Source: Blastocystis sp. subtype 4 (Eukaryota). Taken from it: 36,909 nucleotides of DNA. The notes beneath the pieces were generated by a model. The model did not search any database and had not been told where the DNA came from. It saw only the letters and a list, made by a program, of their open reading frames with translations. The translations under genes and the position numbers were made by a program. The stretch spans positions 1 to 36,909 of the forward strand of contig NW_014569468.1 in assembly GCF_000743755.1 (NCBI RefSeq). Reading direction: 5' to 3'. This document shows positions 10,653-24,184 of this stretch, piece after piece (the stretch's first letter is position 1; each line of letters opens with the position of its first letter).

Positions 10653-11491
10653 TTACTTTCTCCGTTTACTATCCTTTGTATCACTATTCCCTCCTTTCAT
10701 TCGTTTAAATCTCGCTTGTTTATCTGTTACATACTGAAGCTTCTCTTTGTGGGCCTTGCCTTTCAACTACTATAAACTCGCTAATACAAATCAATACATG
10801 TTCTGCTAGTTGTTGACCACTTGTAAACTGCTTGTTACACAATGTACAGGAACAAACTCGCTTCTTCAATGTAGCATTCTTAATGTGGCCCCGATAATCT
10901 CGGTGTTTCATTCTATCATCATTCTATCATTCATTTACCTACAATGACTCGGGACTATCAAAATACACTCCACATGTTGTACACGTATTTGGACTGTGGG
11001 AAGAAATGTACAAATCATTCTTGAACGCCACCTTCAAACGAAGCAAGTGTCCTGATGATTCAATATGCGTCTAATGATAAACAAACCTTTCTGATACTAC
11101 AGAAATCTCTATATCTCCTGACAATTTTAGTCTGCACAACTCACAATAAGCTTCATTCGTTCCCAAAGTAACTGTCTCTTCTGGAAGTGCATTTTTCATT
11201 TTATTCATCAGCTCCTTTTCCCGTTGCGATTCAGACTCTTTTGGTACATGTTCTGGAGAAATCGAGTCCGAATCGACATCCACAAACTCATCTCCATCTG
11301 AATCATTCAACTGTTGCTCCAGCTGCCGAATTCGTTCGTCAATAGCTATAAATCATCCTCCCAAGATGACACTTACACGACAACGAAACTTCCCTTATAA
11401 CTGGCTTCACTGTGGTTTGCTCCTCCTTTTCCTTTGTCTTTCGTCGTTGCTTCATTAATGCTCGGAATCCGGTGATTGCTCCTTCACTCAT
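10653..11491 (-). CDS. Multi C2H2 (matrin/U1-like) zinc-finger protein
   Basis: Spliced exons give CELCRLKLSGDIEISTHIESSGH, CTTCGVYFDSPESLMKHRDYRGH and CTLCNKQFTSGQQLAEHLKGKAH. TAA 10653-10655, then TGTTTGTT at 10642-10649. Confidence 0.8.
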
Positions 11492-11591
11492 CCTGTTTCT
11501 GTATTTAGAATCGTTTCTAGAGAGTTCGGGTAGAGTTAATAGTAAATCCGTAAAGACAATAACAATCAACTATGAATTCACCAGCGATTGC

Positions 11592-11599
11592 AACAAACA
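11592..11599 (-). promoter_or_regulatory. TGTTTGTT polyadenylation element (COPA)
   Basis: Exact motif 4 nt after an in-frame T. Confidence 0.8.
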
Positions 11600-11603
11600 C
11601 AAC

Positions 11604-14600
11604 ACTTCGAATATACACAAACCAGTCCAAGGGTATCTTCTCCAATCTTTGACAGATCACACACACAACACACCTTTCCCTTCTTCTCTTCTCGATATAC
11701 AGCTCCACAATAAGGACATTTCACAGATTTCTCACTCTTGCTCATGATCGTCAGATCCTCACTATCGATCCATTGGGCACGTTCTCCTGCATATGCTGTG
11801 TTGATTGCATTTCTTCCTTCTTTCTCACTCTTGGCTAACACTTTTCGGGCTTTGGTCTCCAGACTTGCATTCTTCGGAGCTGAAATATCACTATGACCCA
11901 AAATGCGCCGAGCAAACGCAGCTGCATCAATAAAATTCCCGTGTTTATAAGTTGCTACCATCGCAGAGTGCAAAACTAACAACTGATGAGCACTCTGGAG
12001 ACGGCAATCTGCCATCAAACACACACACTCCAATAAACGAGTGGAATCCCCGTGTTTCTTTGCCTGATCCAATTTTGCCGCCAATAGATACTCTCTTGCC
12101 AATTCCACAAAATTACGGATTTCCACTTCTTCTTCCTTATTTTGGAATACACAAAGTGGGATTTGTTGGAGTAACTCTCTGCCCAAAGACTCACACTCTT
12201 CAAAACGAGCTCCTTGGAAACTCTTCAAGAGGTGTTTCATCTGTTCAGTAATCCTTGATAGGCATGAACCACAATAAGGAAGTGAAGGAGATGTGCTACG
12301 CAACAAAGGTACAGTAAGAGGAGGCATGCCTGGATATCCTGCTGCTGTTGCTTGTACAGACAAATACACAGACTTCAACCCTCTCGTGAGGGCCTTCATA
12401 TGAGCCACACCCAACTGTCTATTGAGCAAACGACACGCACCATCAACATCACCAGCAGCTGCTGCATCATGAGCCAGAGGAGATTGGGACCAAGAAGACA
12501 TAATCGAAGCACCTGCTTGAATACTCTCATGAGGAATTTCATCCATTGCCACATCAGAATCTGAATCGAGATCCAAATCATCAGACCAAGCACCTTCGTC
12601 TTCGTCACTCACTTCTAACTCATGTGTCTCTGTCACAATAGCCTCATCTCTGTGTTCCTCTTCTTGCTTAACTTCCTCTTCTTCACTGAATACTTCGTCC
12701 AGTACTCTAGCAGGTGTCTCAAGCTCTTCTTCCATCAGCTTATCAAAGCGTGATCGAGGCAACTCCAACAGAGGCCAATTGGTACAAGAAGATACACTCA
12801 TTGGTGGCATTAGAAGAACCGCCGAGGGATTCACCTCTGGAACAACCAATCCTGCTTCCAACAACTGTTCTCGCAACTGAGTCGCTGAATCAGTTAGACC
12901 ATTTGTAGCAGCTGTGAGGTATGCTAATGATAACTGACCCACTTCTTCAAGAACACGAACACGCGTTTCGACATCACCCAAAAAGAGGGCAGTATGAAAT
13001 TGCGCCATTACGTCTTGGCGCAATTCTGCAATTCGCAACATCTTTTGCAACTTCGGAATATTCCCAGTGATAACATAAAGAAATGATAACCGATCAAAGG
13101 CGTGTGTTCTTTGATAAGCCATTTCGACCATCTCATGACTTCCTTGACGTAATGCTTCTTGTGCTAAAATAGTCCATATTTCTGGCATATCCAATTGTGA
13201 AGCACATTCTAATGCAATCTACGTCTCATGGTTCATGAATCACCAACATCGAGGTTACCACACTGAATGGCCAAATTGAATCGGGCTTGAGGTTCCGTAA
13301 CAAAATGAAGAGCAATGTCCTGATAGCCGTTCTGTTGGAGATACCCAAGCAATGCTTGACAATCAACGTGTGTCGTACGAATCAGATGGATAGCTTCTTT
13401 GTACTGATGAGTCTCTAAATAGTACTAGGTCTAAGCAAAGAATGATGACTTGATACCTTCAGTGAATACTCAGTCACGTTGATACGAAGACTTATGCACT
13501 TGCCAGCACGACTAAATACTAGAACACTCATCCCACGAACACTACACAGATAGACTGGCTCACGAAGACTACGAACTACCCCTACTGCTCCTGAAGGTAA
13601 GAGATACTTCAACTGACTGAGAGTCGTATACAGTAAAATCCCGCGGGAATCCCATACACAATCCTTCACTCGTAATCGTTCATTCACCACACTTATCGTC
13701 TTCAGATCACTAGTTAACACCATCAACAATTGTTTGCTAATTACAGCCACACGGCTTCCATCTGAATTCCACAAACAACGTTTGACTCCATTTACGACAC
13801 AACTACCCAAAATGCGGCTGGAATCCACGTCCAGTACCATCAGTTCGTCACCACTCAACAACAGTACACGACCACTTCGGCCACCACTGAATAGCCTACT
13901 ACAACCTCCCACGGGAATTACGATACGTTTGGTCACCTAGATATGATTTATGGAATTCCAAAAATATACGATGTTATCAGCATTACGGATAAACAGGGTA
14001 TCATGGTCCTCAAGAGTCACAAATTTGTTTCGAGAGACGAAACAAGCTCCCAAAGCAGTTCCAGTAACAGAAATCGGCTGACTTTTGGATTCCAGAATAT
14101 TTCCAGAAATTCGTAATAATTCGTACATTCCTTGTTCTGCTGGACTTGTTGTTAGAATCATGTGTTCAGAAGAACAATACTGATTATATTGCATTTCCCG
14201 TGGAAAATCGATCATAGAAGCAGGACCTCTCGAAACCTGCATCAGAATCAAATCTCGCTTCTCTCCATCGACTTCCTTCACACGATACGATCGATCCTTC
14301 AGATAGAAGCACAACGAAGAGGCCATTGCACATGGGATTCTCTCCCTCCGTAGTTTGAATACAACAGCTCCCGAATCATGTCCAGCAGCAATTAAATTTT
14401 GTGTTTTATGAGCAGCCATAATCCAGAATCGATCACGTGTTCGTAAGAAGGTTTGAACACAAATGCGTTTTGTGCTATCCCAAACTTTGATGCTATGATC
14501 TTCTGAATCGCTTAGGATCAAATCATCATGAGGATGGAACAAAACACAACTCACATTATTTGTATGTCCACGAAGAGTGTCTATTTCCCATGCTCTCGAT

Positions 14601-15295
14601 TCATTTGTTCGCCAAATCTTAATCATTCGATCATCTGAACCCGAAACAATTAAAGGAAGATCAGGATGGAAACTTGCCCAATTCACACCTCGCTCATGTC
14701 CCTCCAACACAAATTTGACTGTTCCAATGGATTCAATTCCTAAACGACCCATCACACTACCGGGAACTCCGTTCATTGTTTTTCCCTTCTTCTTCAGACC
14801 CGAAATATCCCACACACGAATTGTTTGATCAAGAGAAGCACTGACAATCAAATCGTCCGTTGGGTGAAATAGTGCCGACATCACGTAGTGATTGTGGCCT
14901 GTGAGAATAGCAATGCATTCACGACTCTGCCAATTCCAAATACGGATCGTCTGATCATCCGAACAACTCACTATCCACGGATTCTCGTTGTGAAACTGAA
15001 CTGTTCGAATATAGTCCTTGTGTCCTAGGAGAGTGTATAGAGAACGCTCACTGTTATAGTTCCAAACACGAACCTTGTAGTCATCCCCTCCTGATACAAA
15101 AAGAGGCTGGGTTGAGTGAAAATCAACACTTCGCACAGGACCCGTGTGTTCTTTAAATGTATTAAGTAAATTACCAACTCGATAATCCCATAGTTGAATA
15201 GAACCGTCATGCAGAGAACAAAGGATCCATGGTCGTGTCGGATGGAAAGCAATTCCCTTCACACGCGAACTTTTTGTCTCAAATTTCGCCAACAT
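11604..15295 (-). CDS. COPA: Coatomer subunit alpha; stop probably completed by poly(A)
   Basis: [27 protein letters not shown]40 repeats, [18 protein letters not shown]-terminal CPYCGA...[16 protein letters not shown]. Ends AAG-T, then 4 nt, then TGTTTGTT. Probable 5'-UTR intron just upstream of the ATG. Confidence 0.96.
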
Positions 15296-15471
15296 TCTCT
15301 GTAGAAGTCAGAATAGACGTTACGAAAACATACGATAATCGGAAATATTTTTGGAGTGAGTAAATATCCCAGATTTGGGGAGTGATTAACAAGAATCGTT
15401 GCTATTGACATAATTCCAGAAATCAGCTAGATTCTAGTCATTCTCCCAAAACGGCAAAGCCAGCTGCTACA

Positions 15472-15987
15472 ATGTCCAAATTCGTGGAAAACTTTGAGAA
15501 GAAGAGTATTCGAGTCAATAATGTCGAATTCTGCAGAGTCTGTGGTTCCATCTTGGATATTCCAGAGTCTGGCAATATTGAATGTGGTATTTGTCATTGG
15601 ACATGTCATTTGTCTGGTGAGTCCTTGAAATTGATTTCTGATGGATAGATCTGAGCAATAATACGATTGTCACCTTTAGTAGACCTAAACCTGTTCCTGT
15701 ACGTATTTATATGCAGCTTCCTCATCTTCTAGCACTGGTTAAGAGAGTTGCAACAAAAGGAAGATGTTCAAACTGGACCTACTCGTGCTATGGTAGTTAA
15801 GATGATTGTTCATTAGTTTCTAGGTGGATGAAGAGTGTCCGCGTTGTAAGAATCCCCAGATGTCGTTCTATACTCTCCAACTTCGTAGTGTGGATGAGGG
15901 TTCAACTGTATTCTATAAATGTTTGAAATGCGGGTAGGCAAAGTGCTTCTTCTTGAATGTAGATATACATATACTCTCAATAATTAA
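15472..15987 (+). CDS. RPA12: RNA polymerase I subunit RPA12 (TFIIS-like)
   Basis: Five exons: EFCRVCGSILDIP...CGICH...VDEECPRCKNPQMSFYTLQLRSVDEGSTVFYKCLKCGYTYTLNN*. Absent from the ORF track. Confidence 0.92.
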
Positions 15988-16074
15988 GTTTGTTCTCTTT
16001 ACGTTCCTTTTCTGTGTTTGTTCAATTTCCCTCCATCTCGATCATCTATATCCCTTATCATCATTTCCCTTCAA

Positions 16075-18007
16075 ATGATGACTACTGCATCAGCAGATAC
16101 CTATACTGAAACAGTCATGGGATCCTTCACACGAATTGTCTTGAATGTACGAAAGAAACCTATCAGTACGATTGCTCTTCAGCTCTTAGGAGATACAAAC
16201 CTTCAGAACTCCTACGTATGGGAATTAGATCTCATGGATGATACAGATTGCTTCCCTTTCATTGTCCGATTTCACTCTGATGACTGGGTCCTTTCTGGTA
16301 GTATCCATGTCGGTAGTATTGTGTATTTCCGAGAAATCCAATATATTCAATGCCAACTCCATCATCAACCTGTTCAAATCCGTTTCATTCCTAGACTTCT
16401 TGTGATCGATGAGTCATCAAGTCTCTTAATCAAACGTATGTTTGTTGCTACTGTTTCATCTAGTGCAAACAAACCAGCCAGAACTCATTCTCCCCGTACT
16501 CTTTCAACTACCTCCAGTCATGTCTTATCTCCCTCCACTGTATGATTCTAATTCCTTCGATAAGCGAGACTTCTTCTGGAAGAAACAACGACGATTACTC
16601 TACTATCCATCTGCAGACCCATCTCAATCAGGATTAACTCCGTTTATCCAAGGAATTATCACAGCCAAATCCACTATCTCTGACTACTCCTCCAGTTTTC
16701 CCAATTTCGCTTATCCACTAACGTATCATCCCAATTTCATCTTCTCCTTAGCTTCTTCATTCAACTGTATGATGGGAATCGGTATTTTCAAGTCTCATTC
16801 TTCCATGAACGTGTGATGAGTTATTACTACAATCTACGTATTGGAGTGAGTTCAAACGACTTTGGTAATATTCAGGATGTGATTCGTATCTCAAGTTATC
16901 AGATTCCAGAATCAACATCAATCCTGAATTCAACTCCATTTCTTCAGTTGGATTCACAATCACCTTCAGAACAGGAATCAATCCCAGAATACATGGTTCC
17001 AGGGAAGGGAGACATTCATGATGTCCAACTCCTTCAGAGTATTCTCAATCATATTCATTCAACCATTAGCTGGTGGTAATGATTATTGTATGGATTATAT
17101 CTCTCCTTTGAGGTCCATTGATCAGCTTCCTTCAAATTCATCCTGTTGGTTACTCGTATGTGTCACATCCATCACACAAGAGTATCGTGAAGTTGTAAAT
17201 CAAGACTGGAAGGCATTTCGTTGGATGCATGCAATTGATGATACATCAACGAATCATATCATTATAAAACTGTTATAATTGTTCTTCTCATTCATATTCA
17301 GTTATTTAAATAGTCAGAAACACCTAATTGATTCCATTCACATTGGTCACATTCTCCTACTCACAAATTGTTCTGTCATATCAATTGATGAGAATCATCA
17401 TTATTTCATTCAAACAACTGTCTATTCCTTTGATTTCTGTTTAGTTCTAGTCAGTATCTTCCTATTTCGTTTATGTCCCAAATAGTACACAGAATCCAGG
17501 GTTCCTAACAGATGACCTTCAAGAATCATTTCATAGTCAAATTGTCAATAACTATCAAATCAATATCACATTGAATACACTTGCATCCAATATTACAATT
17601 CAATGGATTCGACGAAAGAGACGAGGTATTACTACTTCGATAGGTCGTTTGAAAGGCGAGTATGGAAAGTGAATCCCTACGAGTGTAGAAAAGCCTATTT
17701 ACGCTATTTGAACAATACAAATTGGTCAGGTCCCATCTTTCAACACATTATGCAAATTAATCAGATTCCTTCTCTACGAGTGGGTCAATTTGTATATGGG
17801 ATTCTGAAAGGAAAAGTCATACAAATCGATGATAAGAGGAAATGGATGTGGTTGAGTGATGGATCAGGGATTACTCGTATTGATATCACAGAAGCAAGAA
17901 TTGACTCCATTCGTGTTTCCGATTATGAACTTCAAGAGATTGTATGTGGAGTTCTGTGTGTAAATCAACCTCCATTCACTCTTCAGTTAGTATGTGTATT
18001 GAGTTAA
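16075..18007 (+). CDS. Hypothetical multi-exon protein with three OB-fold-like segments
   Basis: Successive + ORFs are joined by ~30 nt introns. Recurring OB-like pattern: LDLMDDTD...IHVGSIVYF; MHAIDDTS...IHIGHILLLTN; GKVIQ...WLSDGSGITRI. TAA 18005-18007, then TGTTTGTA. Confidence 0.55.
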
Positions 18008-18090
18008 ATCTGTTTGTATCAAACAGAGAAAGGAAAGATAGATGGAAGATCAATCATTTTGAAGTAAAGAGAAGCAGGAGGTTGAAGATT

Positions 18091-21000
18091 CTAGTAATTA
18101 AACGTCCCTTGTAATCTTATTTGACACATATTTAGATAGTTCATATCAAATTGATTCATTAACTCCTTCATATTACTCATGTCCATTATATTCAGGAATC
18201 GAATAGTTCGTAATGATTCAAACAATGATCTTATTCATCATTCACTTATTCATTCTTACTTCTCAAAACCAACATGAATATGGCCTCCACGACAGAATAA
18301 ATACAGTTTGGAAGCATTCATAAGATCACCAATATTGATATATTTGACAATCTCTTTCATGATCCCAATCACATCACATGTAACACTCAAGAGTCTATTT
18401 CTCAATCAATTCGGCTATCATACTCTCTTTCTCGATTTGGAGATAACGTCAATATAGCAATTGAAACACTCTCAATCAGCTCATTCCAATTTCTCTCTTC
18501 CATAGTTTCTCTCTTCATACTCACACCTTGGAGTCGAAGAATACTCTCTCCAATATATCCTTGTAAGCTCTCATAACACTCATTACTGTCCACAGAAATG
18601 GCTTCCAATTGAAACAGAGCAGAAAGAATAGAAATTGGTACAATGTCAACGGCAGTTTGATACACATCCAATCGAGAGAATATTGGGAACGGAACGTATC
18701 GGAATGCCAAATAAACAACTGAATACCATAGGGCATTGGAAGTAGATTCATCCTCACATTCAATTGCTTCATTCAATGCTTCTGGTGTCATTAACACTAC
18801 TTCTTCGACTTCTTCAATTGATATTCCCTTCACAATCATTAGTTTGGGAACTACTACAAATCCACAGTAAGGACATGAGAATGAATTCCAATGGATTGAT
18901 ACTTCAATGGACGATTCACAATGAGTGCAGTAACAATCCAATGTTAATGTTCGTATGTTCTTCACACGTTCACAAACAACACAACTTTCACCCATCTTCA
19001 TCAACTCATTCTTCAATGAATCTCTGATTGGTAACGATCGAATCCTATCACATAGATTCGATCCAAATACACCAAGTTCACTCCATTTCATGTTTATAAA
19101 CCTCATCCAATTCGATAACACACTCTCACAAATCCTTCTTTCCTCATTCTCCACAGAAGAATCATTCTCTTCTATTTCAAATGGATCTTCTCCCAACGAT
19201 GAGATGGAAATAAGGATCATTCGATTGCTTGTTTGGTAGAGAACACGTTGTAAGTGATTATATCGATCCTGAAAGGGACGTTGAATCATTGTCAAGTATC
19301 TATCAAAGAAAATAATTGGAAAGTCAAATGATTGAGAATGAGTGGATGAAATTAGATCAATTCGACTGCTAATAAAATTTGTGAACATCTGACTCTTATC
19401 AAATTGAGTCTATCATACCTGGGTATACACAAAATGAGTGAGAAAACCTTGCATCATTCTATTCTTACTTCCAATGAAGTCATTCACACGAAATAGTTGA
19501 TTTAGTGTACAACCAGAGTAATCACCTCCATCTCGGATCATCAAAAGATTCTCGTAACCATCCACTAAACCACTATACAAATCCAGAACACAGGTGAATA
19601 ACTGAACTCCTTCTTGTCGGGTTAGTTTGGGTAGAATATGATTGGGATCAGGATGATTCCACATTTGTTGCCAATTCTTCTCTTTATATTTGGTGTGTAA
19701 CGAATTCTGAATGGATTGAATGATCTTGATGGGTACATGAGTCACATCTTCATCTCATTCTAATCACTACTCTTACAATCAGGAAGCAATGGAGGAAGGG
19801 AGTGATGAGATTCAATCAAAATACGATCTGAATCCAAATCCACTATAACTGAATCACGGGGAATCTGACATTCTGCCAACCATTTCTATTACTAATCTCT
19901 CATTCTTCTGCTCACCGTTTCAATTCCAATAATGAAACTCCCAGGAACCTGAACAGCCAGAAGCATGGAGGAAGGAAGAAGAGGAATAAATGAGCCAGCA
20001 TACTTCCACGGGAATAAGAGTCTTCGAAGAGTATGTGTAACATTTGAGATGAGAGAAGGATATGACGAATGAATTATGATCTTACTCTCCAACAAGGCTA
20101 CTTGAAGAAGAGTGAGAATATTTGACGGAGATAGAAGAAGGAAGAGAGGAGCAATGTTATCATTATAAACAGGAAACCCACGGGAATAATGACGATATAC
20201 TTTGATAGAACCTATTCTAAATACCAAGATGAAACAAAACTCATTTCATTCACAGTGATCATTACAGTATCTCCAAGTTCAGGAAGTGGAGTACAATGAA
20301 TAAGGTTAGTAACAATTCTTCTTAGAATCACTTCATTTGTTATAGATAAAAGTTGAGAAGCCTGTTTAAGACAAGTTTGGTTACCAATTAGTTGAAGTGC
20401 TTCAGTGGGTGAATGAGATGTGAAAGATGTTTGATAAATAGATCTGTGGATCAAATTAGGCAAACAGATAAAACAGTAACAAATGGTTAATTGACTTTGA
20501 ATAAGGAAGAGATGATATTAGTGAGAGTGATGACTGATAAAACAGAATACAGTCAGCCTTAGCATAGTTTTTGATAGATGCTTCAAACCCAGTACGAATT
20601 CGCTCATCTTCTGATGAATCATTCCTCAGTCTGTTACTCATTTCTTGTCTCTTCACAATTGCATTCATTAACTCCAAACAGATTCGTTTCTCTTGTTCTG
20701 ATGCTCGTTTCCAATACAGAAGTGAGTATCCGTAGAGCTAATGGTCATTAACTTTCTTCACTTACCATGGTTCCTGTCACACGATATACAACAAACGAAG
20801 TAAAGGTTAGCGAGGATTCAGTCTTGTTCGCATCATTAGAACGAACAATTTGAATTGGAATTCCTTCTTGGAATATCATGTTCTCGACTGAAGGCGGAAT
20901 CGAATGTTGAGAGGATTGAACAGAGAATGATGGTGTTGGAAGCATTCGAAAGAGTTGATAGCGATGAAGATGAGACTGAGACTTGATAAGAATGGAGATA

Positions 21001-21700
21001 GATGGTTTGACTGTTGTAGTAGAAGGAACAGGAGCATAATCAGGATAATCGAATGGATCTGATGATGATGATAGAAGTAGAATGGAAGAAAGAGAAGAAG
21101 CATCAGCAGATGAGAGACTCATTCTGATAAGCTATTCCAATAATACTCATACCCCAGATAAATAGGTTCATTTGATCGAGAATCCGCAAATGAAACAATC
21201 GTACAATCAGGATACAGAGAAATCATACTAAATCCTGTGGTATCTTCAGTCTTTAGTTGTGACTTGGTGAAAAATTGTAATGAATGAATGGATCCACGAC
21301 CAAAGGCTCTAACTATCAGGATCATCAATACATCCTCACCTTTTGACACATAAGAATCCTCGTGATTTTGAATTGATTTGGATCAGTCCTGATGGATTAT
21401 CTTGATTCATCACCACTAAATAGTCACTTGGAAGAAGCTACTCTTTATCTCTTCTAAATTATCCAACATCAATGTCCTTCTCTTCTATCACCAGAATATC
21501 GACAATTGGAGGTTGTTTCCGATTCCAATTGTCGATACACTCTTCTTCCATCTCGAATGGTTTCTTTGGAGTACATTGAACAAAGCAATCGAACAGGAAT
21601 TGATCCGTCATGAATTGTGTTGCTGTCAATCAAAGCGAAGATAATCCCCAATTATGGATAATGGATGTCCAAACACAGGATTCTACTATTCCCTGCATCA
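18091..21700 (-). CDS. DENN-domain Rab GEF, DENND4-like (5' end uncertain)
   Basis: cDENN: PLFLLLSPSNILTLLQVALLESKIIIHSS...LLFPWKYAGSFIPLLP...VPGSFIIGI...VIVDLD. C-terminal CTHC...CPYC...VVLMTPEALNEAIE...LWYSVVYL resembles the DENND4 C-terminus. Confidence 0.75.
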
Positions 21701-21951
21701 TTCAAGGACGTAACCCATAGTTCATCTCGATCGAAAGAACTATGCTGAACAGGACTGAACAGACATTATACTTAAAAATTGAAATCACTTTTCACAAAAT
21801 TCAGCTAATCTTCCTCATTACCTCATTCTCTCTTATATTCAAATATTATACTATTCACACAATATAGACTTCATTGAGAAGGGATATATAGAACCGCCTA
21901 GGTGAAAGAAGCGGGAAACGATATGGCGGCAGCTTTCTCTTCATTCTTTTC

Positions 21952-22212
21952 ATGGACTACGCTGATATCTCACTCGATATATTCCCCTGTTCCAATCCAC
22001 TCAGCTTCAATCAATGTACTCCACGAAGTACAACGTCTTTTGTACACATGAGGGTAATCTCTCTGATATCTAGAAACACTCCTCTCAGGTATGTTCATCA
22101 ACGATCATAAATCCAAACTGTACTAGTAAGAGACTTTAATTTGTTGTTATCCATAGTCTGTAATGATCCTGAAACCTATCTCAAACGTCAATTTCAGCGT
22201 TATGTCCACTAG
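21952..22212 (+). CDS. Putative spliced microprotein (~65 aa)
   Basis: Introns 22042-22073 (32 nt) and 22126-22156 (31 nt, GTAAG...TAG) give the open frame MDYADISLDIFPCSNPLSFNQCTPRSTTSFKHSSQVCSSTIINPNCTICNDPETYLKRQFQRYVH*. Confidence 0.5.
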
Positions 22213-22248
22213 TGTGTACCATACAAGTGTTTCTAACAACAAACTCTA

Positions 22249-24152
22249 TTACTGAGCGAATTTGTACCGATTCTGCTTGAAATCAAAGTGTAAGTGAAGA
22301 ATACCTCGCTCAAACTCATTCCTGAATCCAGATTTCCGACCTCGATCCCAAGCGCGATTCACAATCTACATCCCCATTCCTCCTTTATTCCTACTCGAAA
22401 AGCAACATCCTCATAAGGTGCTCCTGCATGAAATCGAATTGTACACCAATTGTCATCGTTTTTATCAGGTTCAAGTAAGAATGATGGTCGTTGCGTTTTA
22501 TCGACTAATTCCGGATAGAAAATATTGAATCGATATCCCTGAATCACTTTCGGTGGAGGATTTTTTGCATCATAGTGAACTTGATTGTATTGATTCCAGT
22601 CATATCCCATTTTGATTTTGTTGAAAAAGATTGGTTTCTGAGGAGTGAATTTATGCTGCCAGGAAAACAACTGATGAGGGAGTTGAATATCACTCTGGAA
22701 GGCAATCTCATCATCATGTACTTCTTTTCGCAATGAATCATATCTACTTATAATGCAAACTTTCGAGCGAATTACGCTACAGTTGTTTCCATATGCCATC
22801 CTTCCGTTCCCTCCATACGCTGTGATCCTCTCTTCTCCTTGAGAGATTGAATTGTCAACTTCTCCATCTCGCGGTGATGTACCATTTCACGTTCCACACG
22901 CAATTGTTCACAATCATCAGCACTCTCCAGAATCAACACTTTCTGATTGGCAGGAATCACGGAACGACTCAATGGAGGTGGAGAATACACTCCTTCTTCA
23001 GCATCAGCCTCTGAATACAATGTCCATTGATGAGATGCCTCTTCACGCTTACGTTCTTCCTCCAAACGACGTTGCTTCTATTCTTCAATGAAACTCCCAG
23101 TAGTTACATCAATATCTCGCCCCTGCATAAATCGGGCTTGCTCCCGCTTCAATACGAGTTTGAAGGATGCAAGTCGCAGAAAGGCTAGCACGGCTCCCCA
23201 GTAATCAACGTCCATTCCTTCTCCTTCTGCCAACTGAGTCTCGATATCCTGTCGTAATTGATGAATCTCTGATTCTGATTTCCCTTCTATCAGATTCTTT
23301 ACATCTTCCTATGTTTGACTGACGTTACAGAACACGTACAACAACAGAAGAATGAACAGCGACAGATTGATCTTCATCTCCACCTAAATGTTCGATCACC
23401 ACAGCACGCATTGCCTAATCATTATTAATAGAGATTATATCAACAGAAAGATACGTCAAAAATGGCTCCATTTCTGGTAAACACATGACTTCATCTAAAT
23501 CAGTTAGTAAGTCTTGTGACTCTTCCATAGACAGTTGGTCAATGATATCTTCTACTGCTTCTTCTTCTGCAGGAACTGTACTACTCAGAACCGTATTATC
23601 AAAAGCATTCACCGGTCTGTTGATTTCCTATTGTCATATCTTTTCTATCCATTTCTTACATCCAGTAGAAGAATATTCTTCATCAAACGATCAATCGGCT
23701 TTTCTCGGCCACTTTGAATACGAATTCGCATTCCAAGAAGCTTCTGAGCTAGTTGTAACTCTTTCTCCCGCTCGATGAGTGGTTTGATACTACATGTCAA
23801 CGTCATCTTTTCTTTTACTCATTTGTATCTACTACGGGCGCCGGTCTTCTCTACAATCATAATTACAAATCCATTCCAACCTCTCGCTTTCCTCGGTTCA
23901 CAGAACCACTACGATCTCTTGGTTCGATCTCGCCTGTTCTATACACTCACTCGAAATAACAAAACAGTCTACTTATGCGCGGATCTATCTCCAGAGTGTC
24001 GAGATGTCCTAGATGTGTTTGATCTATTATGGTATGACTAACCATAAAACCAGAATAAGGAACCCTACATGACTTCTTCGATCCCGTCCAAACTCGTCTT
24101 TTGAATAAGATCGAGAACGAGATCGAGACCGCGAGTGATAATGACGACCCAT
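22249..24152 (-). CDS. CACTIN: Cactin (spliceosomal C/C* complex factor)
   Basis: RS-rich start MGRHYHSRSRSRS; mid domain RIRIQSGREKPIDRL; C-terminal KPIFFNKIKMGYDWNQYNQVHYD..NPPPKVIQGYRFNIFYPELVDK...FHAGAPYEDVAFR. Splicing of the first exons is not fully resolved. Confidence 0.9.
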
Positions 24153-24184
24153 TTTTACACTCACTTAATCCTTTCTGAATCTAC

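Noticed and set aside
20056..20063. Minus-strand ATATCCTT in the DENN gene
   Set aside because: Encodes HSSYPSL within the continuous conserved cDENN block.
21770..22222. Minus-strand small gene between Cactin and DENN
   Set aside because: No consistent spliced frame found; the + strand model fits with canonical intron sizes.
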